This document shows, piece by piece, positions 18,849 to 28,244 of a stretch of DNA of 64,000 nt (position 1 is its first letter; the number at the start of each line of letters is the position of its first letter). The DNA comes from Candidatus Giovannonibacteria bacterium (GTDB taxonomy: Bacteria; Patescibacteriota; Minisyncoccia; JACPKW01; UBA11713): contig JACPKW010000004.1 in NCBI GenBank assembly GCA_016186825.1, positions 428 to 64,427 of the forward strand, given 5' to 3'. The notes under the pieces were generated by a model that worked only from the letters and a program-made list of their open reading frames with translations, was not told where the DNA came from and searched no databases. The translations under genes and the position numbers were made by a program.

Positions 18849-20255
18849 TCATTTCAGAATATCCAGATTTCTTACAAGAAGTATTCCGGAATGCGCGTCT
18901 AAACTTAATGGACTTTCCAGTTTCTGCCCGAGGACATTATAAAAGTTTTCGCTAAAAATATATTCGTGCCGATCCGGCGTCGGGTTTACTAAAACTCGTG
19001 CGTTTTGAAAATCTCTTTTCCAAAGTTCATTTGATTCTGAAAACTCTTCAAGCGGCGCGCCAATGTTCAAATCAAATTCTTTAAACCAGAAGTGGGGAAT
19101 ATCGGAATCTCCCTCTTTAAACGTCCAATAAATTTCGCGTTCGGGCGCCGCTACGAGCAAATAAGTGTAGTACGCGTAAAGAGTAAGATCTGTATTTCCT
19201 TTCAAGCCTTCATAATTCGGAAGACCTGTCGGCGTATTTAATAAATGGATTTTCCCCTTCGGGTTTTCTTTCAAAAGTTCAAGATAAGCCTTGATCTGTT
19301 CTTTGTGGGTGTAGCCGTATTTATCAGCCGAGTGCATCACAAAAACTTCCGTTTCAATGCCTTTCGCAATTTCTTTCACTTTTTTATAGAAGTCCGGATC
19401 AGTTTCAATTATCGCAGGCTCGGTATTAACAATAATCGCCGTGTTTGCCTTGGAAACGACAGTCTTAATGAACTCAAGCTGTGCGGCGCGAAATTCTTCA
19501 TCCGTTTGGTATTGCTCCGGAATTCCGGCGCTCCAAAAAGAATCATAACTTGTTTTTTGCACATAGAAATCATCAAGCAGAATTCCATCCCATTCGCCGC
19601 CGGATTTTCCAAAGGCTTCGTTCAGCTGGTTCGCATAATATTCTTGAAATTCTTTATTTCCGGGATCTCCGAAATATGTAAATTCATTGCCCCCGCCGCT
19701 TTTTAAGGGCTCACCCGCGCCATTTTTTAAAAGCCACTCCGGATGATTTGCCCAAACCCAAGCGGTTGTTTTTTCGTTGACTGATCCTGGGCCGGTCAGA
19801 GTATCAGGCCAGGGGCGAAGCGTGGAATCAAAATACATCAATATTTTTGCTTTTGGGTTTAACTTTTTTATAGTTGGAATCCATTTGCCGCGTTTTGCTA
19901 TCATTAAAAATAAATCATAATGAGGGGCGATTTTCTTTATTTCGTTTTCCGTGGGTTCAAAAGCGGAAAAAAGACCGGTGGTGCGATGTTTGGCAGGGCG
20001 ATAGTTAAGGGATGAATTTTCCGGATAAGTTCCGATTTTGATTGCTGTGATTTCGTGATAAATTCTGTTTTTTTCTTCAGAGCTCGGATTTCCAAAAAAA
20101 CGATATTTAAGGGGAAGCTCGGGGAGGTCGGGCAGGCGCGTTAAAGTAGTGGCGCGTGGCGTTTCAATGGAACCTGATCTAAAATTTATTATTAAATATA
20201 AAATTACCAGCAATATCGCCAATAAAGAGCTGAAAAATAATGTTTTTTTGGCCAC
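18849..20255 (-). CDS. Exported hypothetical protein, possibly a glycoside-hydrolase-like TIM barrel
   Basis: 468 aa. N-terminal signal or anchor LFFSSLLAILLVILYLII, and the motif GEWDGILLDDFY reminiscent of GH114/GHL-type hydrolases. No firm family assignment is possible by eye. Confidence 0.55.
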   Translation of the reverse strand: MAKKTLFFSSLLAILLVILYLIINFRSGSIETPRATTLTRLPDLPELPLKYRFFGNPSSEEKNRIYHEITAIKIGTYPENSSLNYRPAKHRTTGLFSAFEPTENEIKKIAPHYDLFLMIAKRGKWIPTIKKLNPKAKILMYFDSTLRPWPDTLTGPGSVNEKTTAWVWANHPEWLLKNGAGEPLKSGGGNEFTYFGDPGNKEFQEYYANQLNEAFGKSGGEWDGILLDDFYVQKTSYDSFWSAGIPEQYQTDEEFRAAQLEFIKTVVSKANTAIIVNTEPAIIETDPDFYKKVKEIAKGIETEVFVMHSADKYGYTHKEQIKAYLELLKENPKGKIHLLNTPTGLPNYEGLKGNTDLTLYAYYTYLLVAAPEREIYWTFKEGDSDIPHFWFKEFDLNIGAPLEEFSESNELWKRDFQNARVLVNPTPDRHEYIFSENFYNVLGQKLESPLSLDAHSGILLVRNLDILK

Positions 20256-20311
20256 TTGAATGTTATGGGAATCTTGTCAATTAAAAAGTTTTCGGCTATT
20301 CTTATTTCATT

Positions 20312-21421
20312 ATGCCAGATCAATATCAACCCACAAAACAATCCAGCATATTTTTTATTGAAATAGATCGGATTAAGCCGAATCCTTTCCAGCCGCGGCG
20401 GGATTTTGATGAAAACAAATTAGGGGAACTTGCCGAATCAATCCGCCAATACGGAGTGCTGCAGCCTTTGGTGGTTGTCAGGGTGGAAAGAAGTTTGCCT
20501 ACCGGCGGGGTTGTTACTGAATATGAACTTATTGCGGGGGAACGCAGGCTTCGCGCTTCCAAACTTGCGGGACTTCGTGAAGTTCCGGTTATGATCCGTG
20601 AAGAATCTGCAGACAAAGTGAAGCTAGAGATGGCTCTCGTGGAAAATGTCCAGCGCGAGGATTTAAATGCGATTGACCGTGCAGTCGCTTTTAAAAAACT
20701 GAATGAAGAATTCAGCCTTACCCATAAAGAAATCGGCGCGCGCATTGGAAAATCGCGTGAGTATGTGGCAAATTCTGTAAGGCTATTGGCGCTTCCTGCA
20801 GAAATGCAGCAGGCTTTGAAAGAAGGCCATATTACGGAAGGGCATGCGCGTCCGCTCTTGATGCTCGCGGGCCGTCCGATGGAGCAAAAGAAACTTTTTG
20901 AAGACATTCTTTATAGAAACGTTAATGTTCGTGAAGCTGAAAAAATTTCGCGTCAGATTGCTTTCGAGCGCTCGAGGCATCCGGAAGCTTTAGATCCCGA
21001 AATCCGCCGGCTCGAAGAAAAACTTCGCGAAGCTTTGGGAACGCGTGTTTCGATAGAGAAAAAGGGGACGAAAGGAAAAATTTCGATTGAGTTTTTTTCG
21101 GAGCTGGAGCTCCGCGACATTTTTGAAAAATTCATCCCGTTAGAAACAGCTCGCCATTTTGAAAATGATCTCAAAAATGAGGCAGATGACCCCAAAAAAT
21201 TTCTAACGGGATTCATCCGTGAAGGAGGCATAGCTAAATCAGAACCTCAAGTTCCTAATGCGGCAGAAAATATTTTAGCATCTGAAAGTGAAATCAATAT
21301 TCCCGCGCCTGCCTCGTTTTCACCGGAAAGTTATCAGCCTGAAAATCCGATTTTGCCGGATTCTGCTCTTGGTCCGGGTGCCGTCGCTTCAAAAGAGGAC
21401 TTGGAAAATTTCACTATTTAA
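20312..21421 (+). CDS. parB: ParB/Spo0J family partition protein with a long disordered C-terminal tail
   Basis: ParB N-domain motifs GERRLRASKLAG and LALVENVQREDLN plus an HTH region. No parA is adjacent. Confidence 0.8.
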   Translation: MPDQYQPTKQSSIFFIEIDRIKPNPFQPRRDFDENKLGELAESIRQYGVLQPLVVVRVERSLPTGGVVTEYELIAGERRLRASKLAGLREVPVMIREESADKVKLEMALVENVQREDLNAIDRAVAFKKLNEEFSLTHKEIGARIGKSREYVANSVRLLALPAEMQQALKEGHITEGHARPLLMLAGRPMEQKKLFEDILYRNVNVREAEKISRQIAFERSRHPEALDPEIRRLEEKLREALGTRVSIEKKGTKGKISIEFFSELELRDIFEKFIPLETARHFENDLKNEADDPKKFLTGFIREGGIAKSEPQVPNAAENILASESEINIPAPASFSPESYQPENPILPDSALGPGAVASKEDLENFTI

Positions 21422-23129
21422 CTTTTGATTCCACGCGGGTTACTCCTTCCACTTTTTTAAGTACTTCGGTCAGTTTTTTTATCTGCTCTTCTCCCTTGGA
21501 AAGAAAATTAATTTTTATCGGCGCGGCTTCGTTTCCAGACCGATCGGCATTCAGGCTTTGGATGTTTATACGCAGCCGACTGAAGACCGCAGTGATGTCT
21601 TTAATAAATCCGATGCGGTTTTTCCCGTATATTTTCAAATCCACGGGGTAGGAATTTAAACTTAAAAAAGACTTGCTTCCGGAAATCTTTAATTCACGGC
21701 GAATAAAGTTTTTTGCCATACTCGTTTTAACCATGCTTAGCCACTCTATCGACGGCTTTTTATTTTTTTGCGTCATAATTTCAATCACATCGCCTGAATT
21801 AAGTTCCCGCGAAAGAGATACAAGTTTTTCATTTACTTTTGCGCCGCTCGCTTTGTTTCCGATTTCAGAATGGATATGATAGGCGAAATCGAGCGGAGTT
21901 GCGCCTTGCGGGAGGTCAATCACATCGCCTTTCGGAGTAAGCACGAATATTCTATCCCTGAAAAAATCTATTTTCAGAGATTCGAGCATTTCTTCCGAAG
22001 AAGAGTTGCTTTTTTCCAAATCTTTTTCCCACTGGGCGAGTTGGCCGATCCAATTGAATTTTTTTCCGATTGCTTTGAAGCCTTGCTTTGGTTTTCCGGC
22101 TTCCGAATAAGCCCAATGTGCTGCGATTCCTGACTCGGCTTCTTTGTGCATTTCCTCAGTCCTTATCTGAAATTCCACAACGACCCCGTCTTCAGCAAAA
22201 ACGCTCGTGTGCAAGCTTTGATAGCCGTTTGGTTTCGGAAGCGCGATGTAATCCTTAAAGCGCCCGGGAATCGGTTTCCATAATTTATGGATAACTCCGA
22301 GTGCCCCATAACAATTTTTTATGTCCGGAACTATTATTCTTACGGCCAGCAAGTCAAAAAGCCGCGACCAGTCGCCCTCGTTTTGTTCGAGCTTTTTCCA
22401 AATTGAGTAGATGTGTTTTTCGCGGTAAGAAATATCACTTAAAGGAATTTTTTCTTTTTCAAGCTCAACTTTCAAAATTGGAACAAGTTTTTTTAAGAAA
22501 CGCTCGCGCTCTGGAAGGCGCTTTTTGACTTCCGTTGTTATTTTTTCGTATTCCTGCGGATAGACGTAGCGCATGCTCAAGTCCTCGAGTTTTGCTTTAA
22601 CATTCCACATGCCTAGCCTGTCCGCGAGAGAAGCATAAAGGCTTAAAGTTTCTTTAGCGATCCGATCCTGTTTTTCTTTTTTTTGGTAAGAAAGCGTTTC
22701 CATGTTATGCAGCCGGTCCATCAGCTTAACTATAACGACTCGGATGTCCTGGGCTACGGCCAAAAACATTTTTTTGACTGACTCCATCGCGCGATCCGTC
22801 CCGGTTGCGTGCACGCGGTCAACCTTGGTTACAGAGTCTACAAGGAAAGCTACTTCTTCGCCGAATTTTTTTCTGATTTCTTTTTGCGCCTGGGGATCTT
22901 TTTCCACGACGTCATGCAAAAGCCCAGCCGCGACTGTAGCCGCATCCAATTTTAAATTCATTATCTTTATTGCGACTGCGATCGGATGAACGATATAGTC
23001 ATCGCCTGAAAGCCTTTTTTCTCCTTCGTGAATTTTCGAGGCAAATTCAAAAACCTTCTCGAGAAATGCGCGGTCTTTTTGCGAAAAACCGGAGTCGAGA
23101 AGGTGTTTTTCAAAATTTCGCCAGTTCAT
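21414..23129 (-). CDS. rel: Bifunctional (p)ppGpp synthetase/hydrolase (RelA/SpoT homolog)
   Basis: HD hydrolase motif HDVVED, a synthetase domain (RIIVPDIKNCYGALG... YQSLHTSV), TGS and a C-terminal ACT-like domain. Confidence 0.85.
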   Translation of the reverse strand: MNWRNFEKHLLDSGFSQKDRAFLEKVFEFASKIHEGEKRLSGDDYIVHPIAVAIKIMNLKLDAATVAAGLLHDVVEKDPQAQKEIRKKFGEEVAFLVDSVTKVDRVHATGTDRAMESVKKMFLAVAQDIRVVIVKLMDRLHNMETLSYQKKEKQDRIAKETLSLYASLADRLGMWNVKAKLEDLSMRYVYPQEYEKITTEVKKRLPERERFLKKLVPILKVELEKEKIPLSDISYREKHIYSIWKKLEQNEGDWSRLFDLLAVRIIVPDIKNCYGALGVIHKLWKPIPGRFKDYIALPKPNGYQSLHTSVFAEDGVVVEFQIRTEEMHKEAESGIAAHWAYSEAGKPKQGFKAIGKKFNWIGQLAQWEKDLEKSNSSSEEMLESLKIDFFRDRIFVLTPKGDVIDLPQGATPLDFAYHIHSEIGNKASGAKVNEKLVSLSRELNSGDVIEIMTQKNKKPSIEWLSMVKTSMAKNFIRRELKISGSKSFLSLNSYPVDLKIYGKNRIGFIKDITAVFSRLRINIQSLNADRSGNEAAPIKINFLSKGEEQIKKLTEVLKKVEGVTRVESKVK

Positions 23130-25208
23130 TTATTCTTTTTTAATTTCCTTTGCCTCAAAATCGCAGGACTTTGACGAACATTTTATTTTGCCTTTTAGCT
23201 CGACAAGCGGAGAGGAGCATTTCGGACAAAGTTCTCCGGAAGGCCTTTGCCAGCTTGCAAAAGCGCATTCAGGATAGCGCGAGCAGCCGTAAAATAAACG
23301 GCCGCGCTTGGTTTTTCTTTCGACAATTTCGCCTTCGTGGCAGACCGGGCAGGGGATATTTAAGGAAACTGGCGGCAGGGGTTTTGTATTTTTGCATTCA
23401 GGGAAACCAGAGCAGGCGAGGAATCTTCCGAACCGTCCGAATTTGATCACCATTTTTTTCCCGCATTTTTCGCAAACCTGGTCGGTCTCTTCTTCCATGT
23501 TCTGTTTTTCCACTTCCTCGTACTTTACGGCCAAGTGCTCTGAAAAAGGCTCATAAAATTGTCCGATCACAGGCTGCCAATCTTTTCTGCCGGCTGCTAT
23601 TTCGTCGAGTTCCGCTTCCATTTTTGCGGTGAAATCTATATCAACCACTTCCGGAAAATGTTCCACAAGCAAATCATTTACCAATAATCCCATTTTCGTT
23701 GGGTGAAAGCTCTTTTTTTCGTCTCTCTCAACATAGCGGCGGTTTTGAATTGTGCTTAGAGTCGGGGCGTAAGTGGAAGGGCGCCCGATTCCGGCTTTTT
23801 CCAGCATTTTTATTAAAGATGCGTCGCTATAGCGTCCCGGGGGTTGGGTGAAATGCTGAAGGGGATCAATTTTAATAAGCTTCACCTCGTCTCCTTGAGT
23901 TATCTCTGGAAGAATAACATCCTCTGTTTTCGTTTTATAAACTTTGAGGAAGCCGTCGAATTTCAAGACTTGCCCTGTTGCGCGGAAAATCGCATCGCCC
24001 GCTTCAACATCCACTATCGTTGAATCAAAAATCGCTTCCGGCATTTGCGTAGCCAAGAAACGTCTCCAGATTAAGTCATAGATTTTAAACTGGCGCGAGT
24101 CGAGTGAATTTTTTATCGATTCGGATGTGCGCGCGGGATCGCTTGGACGGATTGCTTCGTGCGCTTCCTGCGCGCTTTTGGATTTCGTTTTGAAAAATCG
24201 GGGCTTTGGCAGTCTGTAATTCTCTCCGAAGGCGGACGACAGAAAGTCCGCCGCTTCCGCCACCGCGCTTGCGGCTAGGTTTAAAGAGTCGGTGCGCATG
24301 TATGTAATCAAGCCGACTTGTCCTTCGCCTGTATCGATTCCTTCATAAAGCTGTTGGGCAATAACCATTGTTTGCTTGGCTGAATACCCGAAACGCCTTG
24401 AGGCTTCCTGCTGAAGCGTCGAAGTCGTAAATGGGGGCAGGGGGGATCGCGCGGAGGCTTTTTTCTCCACATTTTGAACTTTCCACTTTTCTTCTTCGGC
24501 TTTTTTGGAGATTGTGTCGGCGTCTTTCGCGGTTTTTATGTCGAGTTTTGAGAGAGTTTTGCCGCCTATTTTATGGAGAGAAGCTTTGAACTTTTCCTTC
24601 TTTTTTGTTTCGAGTTCTGCTTCAATGGTCCAGTATTCCTCCGGTTTGAAATTCTCGATTTCACGCTCCCGTTCCACAATCAAACGGACTGCAACGGATT
24701 GCACACGTCCCGCAGAAAGCCCGCGCGCGACTTTTTTCCAGAGAAAAGGGGAAAGCTTATATCCGACTAAACGGTCTAGGATTCTTCTTGCCTGCTGGGA
24801 ATTAACCAGATTCAAATCCAGTTCGCGCGGATTTTTCAGAGCCTCTTTGATCGCGCGTTCCGTAATTTCATGAAATACAATGCGTTCAATTTTATCATCG
24901 GGCTTTTCTTCCAGGCCGAGCGCTGTGATCAAGTGCCAGGCGATGGCTTCCCCCTCGCGGTCTTCGTCAGTTGCGAGGATAATTTTATCCGATTTCATCG
25001 CTTCTTTTTTTAATTGGTTCACCTGTTTTCTGGATTTAGTCGGAATGATGTATTTAGGTTCGAAATTTTTTTCTGTATCTATTCCCAAATTCGATTTAGG
25101 CAGATCGCGGACATGGCCGTACGAAGATTCTACCTTGAATCCTTTTCCAAGAAATCTCGATATGGTTTTTGCTTTTGTTGGCGATTCTACGATTACTAAA
25201 TTGTTCAT
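23130..25208 (-). CDS. topA: DNA topoisomerase I
   Basis: Toprim N-terminus LVIVESPTKAKTI, an active-site region around GLITYMRTDS and C-terminal C4 zinc ribbons (CEKCGKKM..., CPVCHEG..., CPKCSS). Confidence 0.9.
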   Translation of the reverse strand: MNNLVIVESPTKAKTISRFLGKGFKVESSYGHVRDLPKSNLGIDTEKNFEPKYIIPTKSRKQVNQLKKEAMKSDKIILATDEDREGEAIAWHLITALGLEEKPDDKIERIVFHEITERAIKEALKNPRELDLNLVNSQQARRILDRLVGYKLSPFLWKKVARGLSAGRVQSVAVRLIVEREREIENFKPEEYWTIEAELETKKKEKFKASLHKIGGKTLSKLDIKTAKDADTISKKAEEEKWKVQNVEKKASARSPLPPFTTSTLQQEASRRFGYSAKQTMVIAQQLYEGIDTGEGQVGLITYMRTDSLNLAASAVAEAADFLSSAFGENYRLPKPRFFKTKSKSAQEAHEAIRPSDPARTSESIKNSLDSRQFKIYDLIWRRFLATQMPEAIFDSTIVDVEAGDAIFRATGQVLKFDGFLKVYKTKTEDVILPEITQGDEVKLIKIDPLQHFTQPPGRYSDASLIKMLEKAGIGRPSTYAPTLSTIQNRRYVERDEKKSFHPTKMGLLVNDLLVEHFPEVVDIDFTAKMEAELDEIAAGRKDWQPVIGQFYEPFSEHLAVKYEEVEKQNMEEETDQVCEKCGKKMVIKFGRFGRFLACSGFPECKNTKPLPPVSLNIPCPVCHEGEIVERKTKRGRLFYGCSRYPECAFASWQRPSGELCPKCSSPLVELKGKIKCSSKSCDFEAKEIKKE

Positions 25209-26074
25209 AAAACTTTTATCCAGACGCCGCCGGACTGTTTTAGAATTCCCGCGATTTCGAGCTCAATTAATTTTCCACTGACAAGAGCCGGCGCTGCGCA
25301 AACTTCATTAATGATCTGATCCGAGTTTTTTGGCTCACCCAGACATTGGAGGATAGATTCTGATATTTCGTCGAGTTTGTCAAATTTCGTTCTTTTTTCT
25401 TCCGGATTAATGCCGAGCAAATAAAGCGCATCTTCTGCGTTTAAAATGGGATGCGCTCCCTCGCGTAAAAGTCTGTTCGAGCCGGCAAAACTTGGGCGCG
25501 TGACATCTCCTGGGATAACTGCAACTTCACGACCAGCCTCTAAAGCGAGACGGGCAGTGATGAGTGCACCCGATTTTTCGGGGGCTTCTATTACTATAAT
25601 CAGTTCGGATAATCCGGCGACGATTCTGTTTCGCTCGGGGAATGTTCCTTTATGCCCTTCAAAGTCTGGCGGGTATTCGGAAATCAAAGCTCCCTTTTCT
25701 TTAACAATGTTCTCTGAAAGCCTAACATTGGCGAGGGGCCCTACTTTATTAATTCCCGCTCCGAGGACGGCCCAAGTAATCCCGCCCCCTTGAAGCGCTC
25801 CTGCATGCCCAGCGGCATCGATACCTAAAGCCAATCCGCTCACGATAACTATTTGGCGTCGCGCAAGCGCTTCGGCTATTTTAAACGCAATTTCTTTGCC
25901 GTAAGAAGTTGCCCGTCTCGTTCCGACAATCGCGATCCGCCGCGAATTTTGTTCCAGCTCTCCTTTTATATAAATTCCTTTCGGCGGCCACGGAGTTTCC
26001 AAGAGGCTCGCCGGAAAATTTTTGTCCTTGGCGGATAAAAATTCGATTTCTGTTTTTGCTTTCAAAAGAGGCAT
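25205..26074 (-). CDS. dprA: DNA processing protein DprA (Smf)
   Basis: Rossmann-fold motif IAIVGTRRATSYG and GLALGIDAAGH, with a C-terminal winged-helix region. Overlaps topA by 4 bp. Confidence 0.85.
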   Translation of the reverse strand: MPLLKAKTEIEFLSAKDKNFPASLLETPWPPKGIYIKGELEQNSRRIAIVGTRRATSYGKEIAFKIAEALARRQIVIVSGLALGIDAAGHAGALQGGGITWAVLGAGINKVGPLANVRLSENIVKEKGALISEYPPDFEGHKGTFPERNRIVAGLSELIIVIEAPEKSGALITARLALEAGREVAVIPGDVTRPSFAGSNRLLREGAHPILNAEDALYLLGINPEEKRTKFDKLDEISESILQCLGEPKNSDQIINEVCAAPALVSGKLIELEIAGILKQSGGVWIKVL

Positions 26075-26207
26075 TTCTTAATTTTAGCGTCCGAAATGCT
26101 TTTTGGTAAGTGATGAAACTATATTATCAGCATTTACGTCATTATTTTATGTCCCGCCCCCTCTTTTCTTTTTAAGAAAAGCAGATATAATGAGTAAACA
26201 TGAATCC

Positions 26208-26305
26208 CGTTAGAAAATTAGAAAATCATAAAAATTGTGAAAAGATGCACCGTTTCTTGCGGGATTTTGGTTTTGGGCATAATAAAGGTATTAATTTTCT
26301 AACGG
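26208..26305. promoter_or_regulatory. Perfect 14-bp inverted repeat pair (CCGTTAGAAAATTA ... TAATTTTCTAACGG) in the dprA/ftsH divergent intergenic region
   Basis: The arms lie at 26208-26221 and 26292-26305, the second ending 2 nt before the ftsH ATG. Candidate operator or RNA structure. Confidence 0.35.
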
Positions 26306-26306
26306 C

Positions 26307-28151
26307 ATGAAAATGATTTCTAGAAATGTAATAATCGCTTTTTTGGTATTAATGCTGCTTGCGGCGGCTTTTTCGCTGATTAGCGACGGCTTGAAGCAGA
26401 GCCCTCAAATTTCACTGACAGAGCTTGTTCAAAAGATAAATGCGGGCGAGGTTTCGAGGATTAAGGTAAGTACGGACGATCTGGACGTTACGCTCAAAAA
26501 CGGAGAAACGTTAATGTCAAAAAAAGAACCCCAGGCAACATTGATTCAAATTCTTGAAAACTACGGGGTATCAAAAGAAGCGCGTGACAATGTTGTAATT
26601 GAAGTTGAGAATCCTTCCGGTTTCGCTTTCTGGGCCGGAGCAATTTTACCCTTCCTGCTTCCATTTCTTTTGATTGTCCTTTTCTTCTGGCTCGCCGCGC
26701 GTCAGGTTCAACGGGCAAACGTGCAGGCTTTCACTTTTGGGCAGTCGCGGGCGCGGGTAATCCAGCCTGATTCAAAAAAAGAGCGCGTAACCTTTAAAGA
26801 AGTAGCGGGAGTCAAAGAAGCAAAAGAAGAGCTTCACGAAATCGTGGATTTCTTAAAAAACCCCGCGAAATTTTTGGAAATCGGGGCGAGGATTCCCAAA
26901 GGAGTATTGCTGATGGGCGCTCCGGGAACAGGAAAGACGCTTTTAGCGCGCGCTGTTGCGGGGGAGGCGGGTGTGCCGTTCTTCCATATTTCGGGTTCTG
27001 AATTTGTTGAAATGTTTGTTGGAGTCGGAGCTTCACGCGTGCGGGATCTTTTCAAAATGGCAAAGCGGGCGGCTCCGGCAATTGTTTTCATCGACGAGAT
27101 TGATGCTGTCGGAAGGCATCGCGGCGCGGGGCTTGGCGGAGGGCATGACGAGCGCGAACAGACTTTGAATCAAATCTTGGTGGAGATGGATGGTTTTGAA
27201 CCGCATGAGTCAGTGATTGTAATGGCGGCGACCAATCGTCCCGATGTGCTTGATCCGGCTTTGCTCCGCCCGGGCAGATTCGATCGGCGCGTTATACTTG
27301 ATTTGCCGGATATAAATGACCGCGAGTCTATTTTAAAAATTCATGCGGCAAAAAAACCGATTGATAAGAATGTAAATATGCGCACAGTCGCCGAGCGCAC
27401 GCCCGGATTTTCCGGCGCCGATTTGGCAAACTTGATGAACGAAGCTGCGATTGTGGTGGCGCGGGAAAATAGAAAAACTATTGAACAGCTCGATTTGGTC
27501 AGGTCAATCGAAAAAGTTCTTCTTGGTCCCGAGCGTAAAAGCCACATTCTTTCTCCCAAAGAAAAAGAAATTTCAGCTTATCACGAGGCGGGGCACGCTT
27601 TAGTGGCGGCAGTTTTGCCTACGAGCGATCCGGTCCATAAGATTACGATTGTTTCGCGCGGCCGCGCGGCCGGATATACTTTGAAATTGCCTTCGGAAGA
27701 CCGGCACCTTTATTCTAGGAAAAACTTTCTCGATGAGCTGGCTTCGGCTCTCGGAGGATATGCTTCAGAGAAAGTCGTTTTTGGCGAACTTACGACAGGC
27801 TCATCTGACGACATTAAAAAAGCGACCGCGCTTGCGCGCGACCTTGTTACGCGCTATGGCATGTCCGAAAAAATTGGCCCGATTACACTTGGCGAAAGAG
27901 ATGAACTTATTTTCCTCGGCAAAGAGTTGGGGATGGAAAAAAATTATTCGGAAGCTGTGGCCCAAGAAGTGGATTCCGAGATAAAGAACTTTATTACGAA
28001 CTCATTTGTTACCGCGGAAAAAATCATCAAGAAATATCGGAAGGTTCTTGATACGCTTGCAAAACGGCTGATCGAAAACGAAACAATCGAGCGCGAAGAG
28101 TTCGAGTCTATTTTGGGTTCTTTCGGATTATCGCAAGTTCGAACAGCGTAG
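26307..28151 (+). CDS. ftsH: ATP-dependent zinc metalloprotease FtsH
   Basis: Two N-terminal TM helices, AAA motifs [19 protein letters not shown] and DEIDAVG, the SRH, and zinc site HEAGHAL. Confidence 0.92.
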   Translation: MKMISRNVIIAFLVLMLLAAAFSLISDGLKQSPQISLTELVQKINAGEVSRIKVSTDDLDVTLKNGETLMSKKEPQATLIQILENYGVSKEARDNVVIEVENPSGFAFWAGAILPFLLPFLLIVLFFWLAARQVQRANVQAFTFGQSRARVIQPDSKKERVTFKEVAGVKEAKEELHEIVDFLKNPAKFLEIGARIPKGVLLMGAPGTGKTLLARAVAGEAGVPFFHISGSEFVEMFVGVGASRVRDLFKMAKRAAPAIVFIDEIDAVGRHRGAGLGGGHDEREQTLNQILVEMDGFEPHESVIVMAATNRPDVLDPALLRPGRFDRRVILDLPDINDRESILKIHAAKKPIDKNVNMRTVAERTPGFSGADLANLMNEAAIVVARENRKTIEQLDLVRSIEKVLLGPERKSHILSPKEKEISAYHEAGHALVAAVLPTSDPVHKITIVSRGRAAGYTLKLPSEDRHLYSRKNFLDELASALGGYASEKVVFGELTTGSSDDIKKATALARDLVTRYGMSEKIGPITLGERDELIFLGKELGMEKNYSEAVAQEVDSEIKNFITNSFVTAEKIIKKYRKVLDTLAKRLIENETIEREEFESILGSFGLSQVRTA

Positions 28152-28167
28152 AACTCGCTGTTCATTG

Positions 28168-28239
28168 CGGCCCGTAGCTCAATGGCGGAGCATCGAGCTT
28201 ATACCTCGACGGATGTAGGTTCGAGTCCTACCGGGCCGA
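28168..28239 (+). tRNA. tRNA with anticodon UAU (Ile-type, decoding AUA)
   Basis: Manual fold: acceptor CGGCCCG/CGGGCCG, D-arm GCTC..GAGC, anticodon stem TCGAG/CTCGA with loop CTTATAC, T-arm GTAGG-TTCGAGT-CCTAC, discriminator A. Confidence 0.7.
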
Positions 28240-28244
28240 CTTTT

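Noticed and set aside
18503-18942. + strand ORFs 18503..18757 and 18571..18942, and minus ORF 18332..18601
   Set aside because: They span tRNA-Leu and its duplicated 3' end, have Arg/Pro-rich low-complexity composition and lack an RBS.
28182-28244. N-terminal 21 codons of ORF 28182..29852, running through the tRNA at 28168-28239
   Set aside because: They overlap a well-folded tRNA. Start reassigned to Met at 28245.
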